Shown: positions 20,849-29,500 of the stretch, in pieces
Layout of the letters: every line of letters starts with the position of its first letter
How positions within the stretch are numbered: position 1 is the stretch's first letter
Source: an uncultured Verrucomicrobiae bacterium
Lineage (GTDB): Bacteria > Verrucomicrobiota > Verrucomicrobiia > Limisphaerales > Palsa-1400
Assembly: GCA_963707025.1 (NCBI GenBank)
Contig: CAVPOM010000008.1
Coordinates: forward strand, 116,560 to 180,559
DNA length: 64,000 nucleotides
Reading direction: 5' to 3'
Position numbers and translations under genes: made by a program
The notes under the pieces: model-generated
Seen by the model: only the letters and a program-made list of their open reading frames with translations
What the model was told of the DNA's origin: nothing
Database searches by the model: none

Positions 20849-23800
20849 TGTTCCTCGGTTTCGGTGTCGCGGCCAAGGCGGTATTTGATGTCGTAGTTCA
20901 GGATGAAATCCAACTCCTCCTCCGTGAACCCGTAGTGTCGTGCGAGCACCGAGTCAATTTCGTCGAGGATGGGCTTGGATGGTCGGAAATTAAAGTATTG
21001 GACGGTTACGTTGCCAACTCCTTTATAAAGAACAGTTCTATGTGTCGAATTTTTATTGTAGCTCGCCATCAACCGAGAAAGCGTACTTGGAAAATCCTTT
21101 GTCTCGGCCTCTGGAATCTTCGGTATTCGAAAACCGAGGATTTCTCGTTTGTTGAGATTCCGGCAGTCGGAGTTCACCACATTAAACCAATAAAAAAGCG
21201 ACGACGACAAACATGCCAAAGCCACATCTCGATCATGGCGGTTCGCGAAAGGCAACACCTTTAATTCCGATGGTTCGGCTTTTCTTCCTTTGCTGTCTTT
21301 TACCTCTGGAATGAAATCCAAAAACTGAAGAAAGAAAGAGACCTTACGAGTGAAATACAGCCGAAATTGTGGGGTTCCGCTTGTCAACATCTCGATTGTG
21401 AGCGGTTGGGCGCGGAGCTTCTTCAAAATTTGCCGTTCAATATTCGTCTGAATTTTCGTCATCGAAGCATCGAAGAATTGCCTATCTCCAGTAGGCGGAA
21501 GGCCAAGATAAAATGGACGCACGTTGAAAAGCTGCGGCCGTTCGTCGGAATACCATTTCAGGTATTTTGAAGTGAAAATGCGACAGTCGGCTTTGCTCTT
21601 GCGGCGGGACAGAACGATTTCTAAGCGCTTATCAACACCCTCGAACAGCTTTGCGGGGTGTGCGTCTCCTGACCAGTGGCTCACCCACAGATCTGCGTTG
21701 TTCTCATAGTAAAAAGCTTGGAAAGATTTGAAGCCGCCAACGGAAAAGGCGCTAAGCGGCACAATGAATCCCAAGGCGGAATTTGGGCGGGCCAATTCGA
21801 CGGATCGTTCAAGACAAAGATTGTATAAGTCGCCGCAATCGCTTGTCGAATAGCCGCGCACCACATAGCCAGTAACATCCTTAAGTTCTACATACGGCGG
21901 GTTCCCAATAATGACATCGAAGCCGCCGCTTGCGAGGATGCCGTAGAACTGAATGAACCAGTGGAATGGCTGATGAGATTTTACCCACTTGGCGTAGGCA
22001 ACTTTGTCGCTCCCCTTTACGCCGCATTCGCTGGCAAGGTAACGATTGAGTTCGTCTTCCAGCGCCTTGAGCCGATTCTGGAGATTCTGCTTGTCGGCGG
22101 TGGGCACTGAACCGTCGCCTTCCGTCTGGAGTTGGCGGAATTTGCTAAACGCCTGGTCCACGTCGGCACAACGGGTATTGAACCGCGTGAAGCTGCCCAA
22201 ATCAGCTTCGTCCATCAATTTCATCTGGCCGCCAGCGAGTTCCTTCATGCAACGGCGCACCTCTTCTGCCGTGGCGTAGCCGACAAGGGTGTTGCCAGCC
22301 CGGATGTTGAAATCAATATCCGGCAGCGGCTCGATACCGAGGTTATCGCGAGCGGGGTTCGGCTCGACCTGGGCGGCAAGCTTGAGGAACAGGCGCAGTT
22401 TACAGATTTCCACCGCCTCTTCCATGATGTCCACGGCGTAGAGATTATTGAGGATGATGGATTTCAGGACGAAGTAGCGTCGGTTGGGGTGAGCGTCCAC
22501 GCGAGCAAGGACTTCGCTGAATTTCTTGTGGTAGTTGGGATGGGCCTTGCGGCCGTTGTCGCCCCACTCAGCAAGGAACGCTTCCATGCGGTCGAGACAG
22601 GCTTCGTAGAGGGGTTCAAGGATGTTGAGTGCGGCGAAGATGAATGCGCCCGAGCCGCCAGTGGGGTCAAGGACGGTGATGGTGGTGATGGCCTGCCAGA
22701 AGGCCATGAGCAGGTCGGGGCCTTCGCAATTCTGGATGACATCCTGCGCGAACTGGCGGAGATCGAGATTGAGGGTAATAAAGTCGTTGACCTCCCGGAC
22801 TTCGCCTGCGGCAAGTTTCTTATTGACTTCCTCGCAACGCTGCCGCCGGGCAACGACTTCACGCCAGATTTCGGTGGGCAGGGCATACTCGCCGGACGCG
22901 GGTTTATTCCACGTCTTGCGGCGTTCGATCAGGTCGGGCGTTGTGGTAGCCAGACCGGCAACAATTTCCGGCGGGAGTTTTTTGTCCGTGCCATGGCGCA
23001 CGGCGGGGTAAATGTAGCGATCCGGATTTTCGCGGAGCAAATCCCAAACGGTCGGGCCGTTGGGATTCTCAAAGGCCACCTTGCACTTGGCGCGGGCGGC
23101 GTCGAAGAGGAACGGAAGAACCGTGTTTTTGCTGATGTATTCGGTGATGTCCTCCTTCGTGTAATACGCCCCCATTTGCTTCTGGTTGATATATTTCTCG
23201 AAGATGTAGCCAAGCACGTCGGGATTGATCTCGTTGTCGGCGCGGAGCGGGCGCTCGTCCAAGTGCCATTGGTATTGATCAAAATAATCGAAAACGCGCT
23301 CGAAGGCTTTGTCGGGAATCTGGATGTCCTTGCCATAGCGTTCGGGCTGTTCAAGTTCATGCACGTCGAACAAGCCGCCGTTAAGATACGGGATGTTGCC
23401 AAGGAGTTTTTCGAGGTCGGGCGCGCGGTCTTTGCGGCGCTTGCCAAAGCCTTCATGGAAAAGGCGGAGCAGGAAATAACGGTAGAATGTGTAGAACTTG
23501 TCCTTGCCCTGCTCCTTTTGGCAGCGATCGAGGCGGTTGCGGAGGTAGTTGTGGTCGCCGTCGAGGAACCCCTTGCGCTGGATGAAATAGACGAACATCA
23601 AGCGATTGAGCATGACGGAGGCATACCATTCACGGTCGGCCACTTCGCCAATGCCGTCAATGAATTTGAGGAAGGCTTTGCGGTGCGTGTCGAAGTCACG
23701 GTAGAACGCCTTGGTGACACGCTCGATGTCGAACGCGGCGCGGGCGCGCCCGGCAATGGTGATGGTGGACAGTTCGCCTTTTTCCTCTTCTTCGAGCGAA

Positions 23801-24207
23801 ACGTAGAGAATTTGCAGTTTCTGTAGCAGGGAGTCGCCGGGCTGGGCGCGATTGAAGTCGTGCTTGCGGGCGGAAAGCGGGCGGCCCGGCTCGCGGCGCA
23901 CCCATGTCCAGGATTGTTGGGCGAAGTCACCGGAGGCGAATACGATGAGATGCTCGAAACTGGTCTGGGTAAGGGCGCGGTCGAGCTTCAACCGCGTCGT
24001 GTGATCGGGCAGGACCCCGTCCACGCTGGCGCAAAGCCAGGCGGTGAAGCCGCGCTTTTCGGCGACGGCCGTAAAGGCGAAATCGGTTTCCCGTGCGCGG
24101 AGCGTGAGCTTTTGGCGGCACGGCTCCCAACCGAGTTCTTCGACAAACAACGTGGTAAGATTCCCACTTTGCAGCAGGGGGCGCGCGCGTTGGAAATCGA
24201 ATGGCAT
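20845..24207 (-). CDS. N6-adenine DNA methyltransferase, Eco57I/type IIG-like, 1120 aa
   Basis: IPYLNGGLF, LGYIFEKY, GAYYT, DPTGGSGAF (motif I), FDVIIGNPPY (motif IV), C-terminal TRD-like region. Confidence 0.92.
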   Translation of the reverse strand: MPFDFQRARPLLQSGNLTTLFVEELGWEPCRQKLTLRARETDFAFTAVAEKRGFTAWLCASVDGVLPDHTTRLKLDRALTQTSFEHLIVFASGDFAQQSWTWVRREPGRPLSARKHDFNRAQPGDSLLQKLQILYVSLEEEEKGELSTITIAGRARAAFDIERVTKAFYRDFDTHRKAFLKFIDGIGEVADREWYASVMLNRLMFVYFIQRKGFLDGDHNYLRNRLDRCQKEQGKDKFYTFYRYFLLRLFHEGFGKRRKDRAPDLEKLLGNIPYLNGGLFDVHELEQPERYGKDIQIPDKAFERVFDYFDQYQWHLDERPLRADNEINPDVLGYIFEKYINQKQMGAYYTKEDITEYISKNTVLPFLFDAARAKCKVAFENPNGPTVWDLLRENPDRYIYPAVRHGTDKKLPPEIVAGLATTTPDLIERRKTWNKPASGEYALPTEIWREVVARRQRCEEVNKKLAAGEVREVNDFITLNLDLRQFAQDVIQNCEGPDLLMAFWQAITTITVLDPTGGSGAFIFAALNILEPLYEACLDRMEAFLAEWGDNGRKAHPNYHKKFSEVLARVDAHPNRRYFVLKSIILNNLYAVDIMEEAVEICKLRLFLKLAAQVEPNPARDNLGIEPLPDIDFNIRAGNTLVGYATAEEVRRCMKELAGGQMKLMDEADLGSFTRFNTRCADVDQAFSKFRQLQTEGDGSVPTADKQNLQNRLKALEDELNRYLASECGVKGSDKVAYAKWVKSHQPFHWFIQFYGILASGGFDVIIGNPPYVELKDVTGYVVRGYSTSDCGDLYNLCLERSVELARPNSALGFIVPLSAFSVGGFKSFQAFYYENNADLWVSHWSGDAHPAKLFEGVDKRLEIVLSRRKSKADCRIFTSKYLKWYSDERPQLFNVRPFYLGLPPTGDRQFFDASMTKIQTNIERQILKKLRAQPLTIEMLTSGTPQFRLYFTRKVSFFLQFLDFIPEVKDSKGRKAEPSELKVLPFANRHDRDVALACLSSSLFYWFNVVNSDCRNLNKREILGFRIPKIPEAETKDFPSTLSRLMASYNKNSTHRTVLYKGVGNVTVQYFNFRPSKPILDEIDSVLARHYGFTEEELDFILNYDIKYRLGRDTETEEQ

Positions 24208-24210
24208 AGA

Positions 24211-27200
24211 TCAATCTTTACGGACGCCAAGGGAGCAAATGATTTTGGGTTCGCGCGCTTTCACGTCATCCTTCTGAATGCAGAGGCGGTCTTCTTCATG
24301 GAGTGAAAGGACCAGAGCGACAAGTTTTTCATCACTGACGCCAGCGCGAAGTTCACGGTTGAGCAAATCACGGGCGGCCTCGGTCAGCGGCGACTCGTAG
24401 ATTTCGTCAATTGCCTGATGGAGCGGTTTGATGTCAAACAAACTGTCCTTCACATGGGCGGCATATTCCTTGAGCCGCTCATAGATGCGACGGCGCGCGC
24501 TGGATGGTTTACCGAGCTGGCCACCAGTGGTGATGCGTTCGGTCTGGATGCCACCGATGGCTTTTTGAACGAGGGGATGGTGATTGGCCAGGCGCGGGAT
24601 CGTGGGTGTGGCCGGTTCGCACGCGGCGGCGCGCAAGATTTCGTGCTGGCTTTCGGTGACGGTGCGCCCTTCTTCGTCCACCCAGGCGAGCGCATCGTTC
24701 CCATCGGCTGTGCGGACGTAAACCATGACGCCGGAGGCGGGCTGGGGGCCGGATGCGCCAACGGGCTTGGCAGGAATGGCAGTCAGGGCCTTGGTCGAAA
24801 AAATGACACCGGGCAGATCGGGGATAGTTTTTTTCAGGGTTGGGTCGGTGTCGCAGGCGTTTTTCCAAATCTGGTAGGCCAGTGACGCCAGGTCCACTTC
24901 GTCGTCCGCCGGATCGTTCAAAATGCCGGATTTTTCCGTGAAGAGGTCGCGGATAACCGTGTCGTGTTTTTCGTCCTCGAAAAATGTTTCGTCCGTGCCG
25001 ACGACTTCGGCATTTTCACTCAAGCGCTGGCGGACCCGCGAGCGCAAGCGGATCAGACGCTCGACTCCATCCGCCGGGACAAACGAATAACAAAGAATCT
25101 CCTCCGCTTTTTGGCCGATTCGATCCACACGGCCCGCACGTTGAATGAGGCGGATAATGGCCCACGGCAAATCGAAGTTCACGACGATGGCGGCGTCCTG
25201 GAGGTTCTGACCTTCGCTCAGAACATCAGTGGCGACCAGCACGCGGAGTTCTTCGGCTGGTGAAACGTAGTGGGGTTCCCCTTTGTCCTGAGCTTTGTTG
25301 CTCTCCGGGCTGAAACGGCGGGCGTAGCGGGAAGGGTCTTCGATGTCGCCGGTGACGCCCGCCATCTGTTTGAGTTCGCGCTCGTGCAACTGGGCCGCGA
25401 GGTAAGAAACAGTGTCGGCAAACTGCGAGAAGATGAGAATCTTCTGGCCGGGATGCTTTTTGGTCACAAGCTTGTGGAGTTCGGCCAGCTTGTGGTCCTC
25501 CTCGGGTTCCCATTGGCCCGCAAGTTCGAGGATGGAGAAAAGGCGTTGGGCATCCTGCCGCAGGTGCTCGGCAAGGTCTTCGATAAAGACGTTGGCGCGC
25601 AACCAGTCGAAATTGCGGGTGTGCTCGGTGCGGAGCGTTTGATAGCCGGTTGCCCCGGCTTTGGCAAAATCGGCCAGGGACTTTGCAGTGATTTCGGTTG
25701 GAGTTGCAGCTGCTGTCTCGTCCGTGCCGAACAACGTGCTGTCGCTGTCGTGATCGTCAGCGCGGGTGTCGAACAGGGCGGAATCCTGCGTGCCAATGGG
25801 AAGAGGCAAGTCATTTTCCAACGCATGGAGAAAGATATAATTGCGCAGGATGTGGCGGCGCACAGAGAGAAGAAAGGAATGGCCGCTGCTTTCCAGCCGC
25901 TTGAAAAGGTTTGTCCGGCAGAAACCGATGAGACGTTTGCCGGCGCGGGAAAGGTTGTCCATCACTTCGGCTTCATTCTGGGCCGGTGGCACGTCGGATG
26001 GAGGCTTGAGATAATTGGCGAGGCCGTAGCGGGGCAGGTGCAGCACACGGACGGTGTCAACCACCTGGTCAGAATAAAGCCGGGCGTATTGGTCGTTCGG
26101 GTCGCTGTCACGAATCCGAAACGTGAGGGTCTTCGGCTGGCGTTTGGGGAAATGAAAACGGCTGCCGCCTTCAAGGATGAGGAATCGCCGGTCTTCTTTG
26201 GCCTTGGCGCGTTGGCAGTTGGAACATTTTCCCTGGGTGGGCAGGAGCACGGTGGCGCACGCGGGACACTCCGTGAAGGCGTAATTCCGTTCAACGAAGC
26301 TGCGCGTGCGGCGAACCATGAACAGGCGCATCAACTCGCGCCAGTCGTCGGCGTAACCGCTTTTCTCAAAGGCGGAGAGGCAATTGACGGCGCACTGATG
26401 GCGGCGGGTGAATTCATCGGGGCGACCGTCGCAGTCGCGTCGGAGGTATTCCTCGGGCCGGATGCCAACCACGTCCTCTGGATTCATGAACAGGCGAAGC
26501 TGGTTGGCGAGATCGAGATAAGCTTTGTTGTAGGGCGTGGCCGAAAGGAGGATGCACTTGCTCGCGTTGCGCGCCAGATAATCTCGCACCACCGCCCAGC
26601 GCCGGCCCTCGCGATTTCGCAAGTTGTGATTTTCGTCAATGATGACGACGCGGTAGCGGCGGAGGTCGGGCAGGCTGTTCTGCGCCTGGGTGATGGAGAC
26701 GACCTCCGCGATCAAGCGGTAACGGTGCGCGTAGTCTTTCCACATGCCGACGAGATTTTTCGGGCAAAGGATGAGGGTTTCGAGCGAGCGGGGCGGGTCC
26801 TGAAATACGCGGGCAAGTGCGGTGGCCATGAGAGTTTTGCCAAGCCCGACGACATCGCCGAGGATTACACCGCCGCGCTTTTCCAGATGCCGGGCCGCGA
26901 TGCGCACGGCGGCGGACTGAAATTCCAGCAGCGTATCACGCATGTCCGGCGGGATGGTAAATTCGGACAGGCCGGCGCGCGCCTCTTCCGCCAAGTGATA
27001 GGCCATCTTGACGTAAATTTGGTAGGGCGGCGGACATTCAGGCCGCGCCCAACTTTCGTCAATCACCTGGATGAGTTCCTTGGTGATGTCCACACACCAA
27101 CGGTCGCACCAGCGGTTCTTGAACCATTGTTCGAGCTTGGTTGAGGCGTCGTGGTCGAGGACGTCCACGTTAAGTTCGCCCTGATGGGAGAGACCCGCCA

Positions 27201-27693
27201 ACGTGAGATTGCTGGAGCCGAGAAAACCGGTGATTGGATTGTTAGGGTCGAGACGAAAACAGAGGTAGAGCTTTGCATGAAGGGTGTGACGGAGGAACAA
27301 TTTCACAACCACTTTGCCCGCCTTGAGCTGGGCTGAGAGGCGGCGAAGGCCGGCCTCGTCGGCGTCGGTGGGGGCGCCAAATGTAAGCTGGGCGCGAAAC
27401 TCCTCGGCGAGACGCCTTTTCAAACGAATGACCGCCTGCTGGCTGATCTGGTCCTCCTGGGGCAAAAGGCTGTAGGCGAGGCGCAGTTCGTCTTGGGCGA
27501 GCCGTTGCATCCCGACGAGGAGACGACATTGGGCGCCCTCGCCGCCCGCCCACTTTTCGATCAGGCCGTCAATCGCTTTCCAGCCGCGCAAATTGAAATA
27601 GCCAACGCAAAAGTCGGAGCGCTGGGAGATTTCAAGCGTATCCCGTAGCGCTGGGAGCAAATCAGTTTCGATGTTGTCGAAGATACGCGGCAT
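24211..27693 (-). CDS. PLD/Nuc-domain SNF2-family helicase, 1160 aa
   Basis: LHAKLYL...GSSNLT...ELN PLD motif; GDVVGLGKT, IIDENHNLRN, SATP, TDVLSEGQNLQ, QRAGRVDRIGQ. Confidence 0.92.
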   Translation of the reverse strand: MPRIFDNIETDLLPALRDTLEISQRSDFCVGYFNLRGWKAIDGLIEKWAGGEGAQCRLLVGMQRLAQDELRLAYSLLPQEDQISQQAVIRLKRRLAEEFRAQLTFGAPTDADEAGLRRLSAQLKAGKVVVKLFLRHTLHAKLYLCFRLDPNNPITGFLGSSNLTLAGLSHQGELNVDVLDHDASTKLEQWFKNRWCDRWCVDITKELIQVIDESWARPECPPPYQIYVKMAYHLAEEARAGLSEFTIPPDMRDTLLEFQSAAVRIAARHLEKRGGVILGDVVGLGKTLMATALARVFQDPPRSLETLILCPKNLVGMWKDYAHRYRLIAEVVSITQAQNSLPDLRRYRVVIIDENHNLRNREGRRWAVVRDYLARNASKCILLSATPYNKAYLDLANQLRLFMNPEDVVGIRPEEYLRRDCDGRPDEFTRRHQCAVNCLSAFEKSGYADDWRELMRLFMVRRTRSFVERNYAFTECPACATVLLPTQGKCSNCQRAKAKEDRRFLILEGGSRFHFPKRQPKTLTFRIRDSDPNDQYARLYSDQVVDTVRVLHLPRYGLANYLKPPSDVPPAQNEAEVMDNLSRAGKRLIGFCRTNLFKRLESSGHSFLLSVRRHILRNYIFLHALENDLPLPIGTQDSALFDTRADDHDSDSTLFGTDETAAATPTEITAKSLADFAKAGATGYQTLRTEHTRNFDWLRANVFIEDLAEHLRQDAQRLFSILELAGQWEPEEDHKLAELHKLVTKKHPGQKILIFSQFADTVSYLAAQLHERELKQMAGVTGDIEDPSRYARRFSPESNKAQDKGEPHYVSPAEELRVLVATDVLSEGQNLQDAAIVVNFDLPWAIIRLIQRAGRVDRIGQKAEEILCYSFVPADGVERLIRLRSRVRQRLSENAEVVGTDETFFEDEKHDTVIRDLFTEKSGILNDPADDEVDLASLAYQIWKNACDTDPTLKKTIPDLPGVIFSTKALTAIPAKPVGASGPQPASGVMVYVRTADGNDALAWVDEEGRTVTESQHEILRAAACEPATPTIPRLANHHPLVQKAIGGIQTERITTGGQLGKPSSARRRIYERLKEYAAHVKDSLFDIKPLHQAIDEIYESPLTEAARDLLNRELRAGVSDEKLVALVLSLHEEDRLCIQKDDVKAREPKIICSLGVRKD

Positions 27694-27917
27694 TGTGGGC
27701 CTCAGTTGACGATGGAATGCACGACAATGCCTCGCTTATGGCTGTCCCGTATGCCTGAGTTGTTTGGTGGTCCCGACATGGCTGGCTGATTATGCTACCG
27801 GCTGCCAAATTTTCAAATAGATTGATTGGGCGGCTTTCCAGCGCGGGTTGAGAGACGGTGTATAAGGGGGGGTGAGGAGGCGTTCGCGCCGGACGGCACT
27901 CCGCAACGGGGTGGCCA

Positions 27918-29480
27918 TCAGAGTCCCCATTGCCTGTCGGACGCTTCTTTGGCCGTTATCTTCATGAGGGTTTCAACCCCAAGCGAGAGGCCGTGGGCCA
28001 CGCTCAGGCGGTCGAAATCTTCCGCGCCGACCTCCTCAGCCACAAATCCCGCAGGCTGCATGAAGTGAATGCGGTTAAGGCCCTGGCCGAGACTGCGACG
28101 ACGATAAGGCTCAATCTCCCAGGCGGTGAGATTGATAATGTGCTGCTCCAGCCGTTTCGGGAAGAGGTCCAGATAAAAGTCCGCACGGCTGCCGCCACCA
28201 GAGAGGATGAAGTTTGCTTTTGTGCGAAACGCGGGCGGGCGGCGGTTTTGAAGCAGGAACGGTTCATCAATGTACCGTTTGAAAGCGGCAAAGTTGCCCC
28301 GGCATGCATCGAGGCAATCTGAGGCAAAGGCTGCGCGGCTCTTGTGATAGGCGGTTTCGAGTGAAGAATCGGTACGTGCGTTCGGAACCAGGAACCCAGC
28401 GGGAGAATCAGGGATGCGCCAATCGGGGTCTTCCCCGACAGACACGGCGGTGCGGACTTGAGCAGGCGACACAGCGCGCAATGCCTGGTCAATTCTCTCG
28501 TAGAGCCTGAATGCTCCAAGCTGGGCCACTTCGCAAAAATGGAATGAGCAAATCTCCTCGCCGTCAATTCTGTGAAGTATGAGCGTGGAGATGTCGAGAG
28601 TTCCGGCACCAACGTCAAGCAACAGGAGAGGGCCTTCGCTGCGGTAGGGTGAAAAGGCATAGCCAGCCAATTGAGCTGCGATCTCGGGATAAAGGGAAAG
28701 CCTTTCATCTGCGAGTCGCTGGGTCTCGCTGGAGGGTGGCAACCCTGAGGTCATGCACATGCGCACCAACTCGCGCGTGATGGTTTGTCGGGAATCCACC
28801 GCGCAAATGGCGGCCCTGGCAGCCAACAAATAGGAGTCGACCAGTTTTGGGTTGTTTTTGAGTCGCTTGGCGGGAAAGCCGATGTTCAGCCACCAGCATG
28901 GCTGCCTGGCGCGGTGATCATTGGCGTGATTATCTTGATACCAGGTAAAAGTATGCATGAGCACCAGGGCGATGAAGATTGCAAGGTCGAGCGCGGCGTC
29001 AGATTCGCCTGATCCGCGCGTGATGGCGTCCACCAGCCGGAGCTTAATGTTTGAAGTCGGCTGCACTCCGTCGAGAGGGTGGAGCGTCGCGGTTTGGGTT
29101 GATTCGTAGAAACGGGTTGGGATGAGATATTTTGTGACACCTTTTGCCCTCGGGGCAAAGACCACACCGTAGTGGCGATCCCAATGGGAATCGCCAATGG
29201 CAACCTTGCTGCAGCTCGTTCCGATGTCGAGGCCGATGCGGAGATCCACGACTGGACTTTGCATGGAACGAAGATTGGGCTGTTCCGGGGGCAGGACGGA
29301 CGGGGCTTCCTGGTAGCGGACGCGTTTTTCTGGCGGCGCGGCAGGCTCTGGGGGTGCAGGCGGTGGGGGGCCGGCAGGGGTGATGCCCTTGGCGGAGTCC
29401 GCCGGCTTGGGCACTTGGGGAGGCGGTGTGTTTTGCTCGCCTCTCAGCCACATCCGTAATTTCTGAAACCAGCCAGCCAT
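27918..29480 (-). CDS. Actin/Hsp70-fold (ASKHA) ATPase with N-terminal amphipathic segment and Pro-rich linker
   Basis: ATG 29480 with RBS AGAGGT; IGLDIGTSCSKV (phosphate 1), YPEIAA (connect 1), LLDVGAGTLDIS (phosphate 2), ILSGGGS (adenosine), SVAHGL (connect 2). Confidence 0.8.
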   Translation of the reverse strand: MAGWFQKLRMWLRGEQNTPPPQVPKPADSAKGITPAGPPPPAPPEPAAPPEKRVRYQEAPSVLPPEQPNLRSMQSPVVDLRIGLDIGTSCSKVAIGDSHWDRHYGVVFAPRAKGVTKYLIPTRFYESTQTATLHPLDGVQPTSNIKLRLVDAITRGSGESDAALDLAIFIALVLMHTFTWYQDNHANDHRARQPCWWLNIGFPAKRLKNNPKLVDSYLLAARAAICAVDSRQTITRELVRMCMTSGLPPSSETQRLADERLSLYPEIAAQLAGYAFSPYRSEGPLLLLDVGAGTLDISTLILHRIDGEEICSFHFCEVAQLGAFRLYERIDQALRAVSPAQVRTAVSVGEDPDWRIPDSPAGFLVPNARTDSSLETAYHKSRAAFASDCLDACRGNFAAFKRYIDEPFLLQNRRPPAFRTKANFILSGGGSRADFYLDLFPKRLEQHIINLTAWEIEPYRRRSLGQGLNRIHFMQPAGFVAEEVGAEDFDRLSVAHGLSLGVETLMKITAKEASDRQWGL

Positions 29481-29500
29481 TGCGACCTCTCTTTGCTTGC

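Noticed and set aside
22132..27144. Long plus-strand ORFs 22132..23826 and 25270..27144
   Set aside because: Antisense shadows of the MTase and helicase, expected at high GC3; no motifs.
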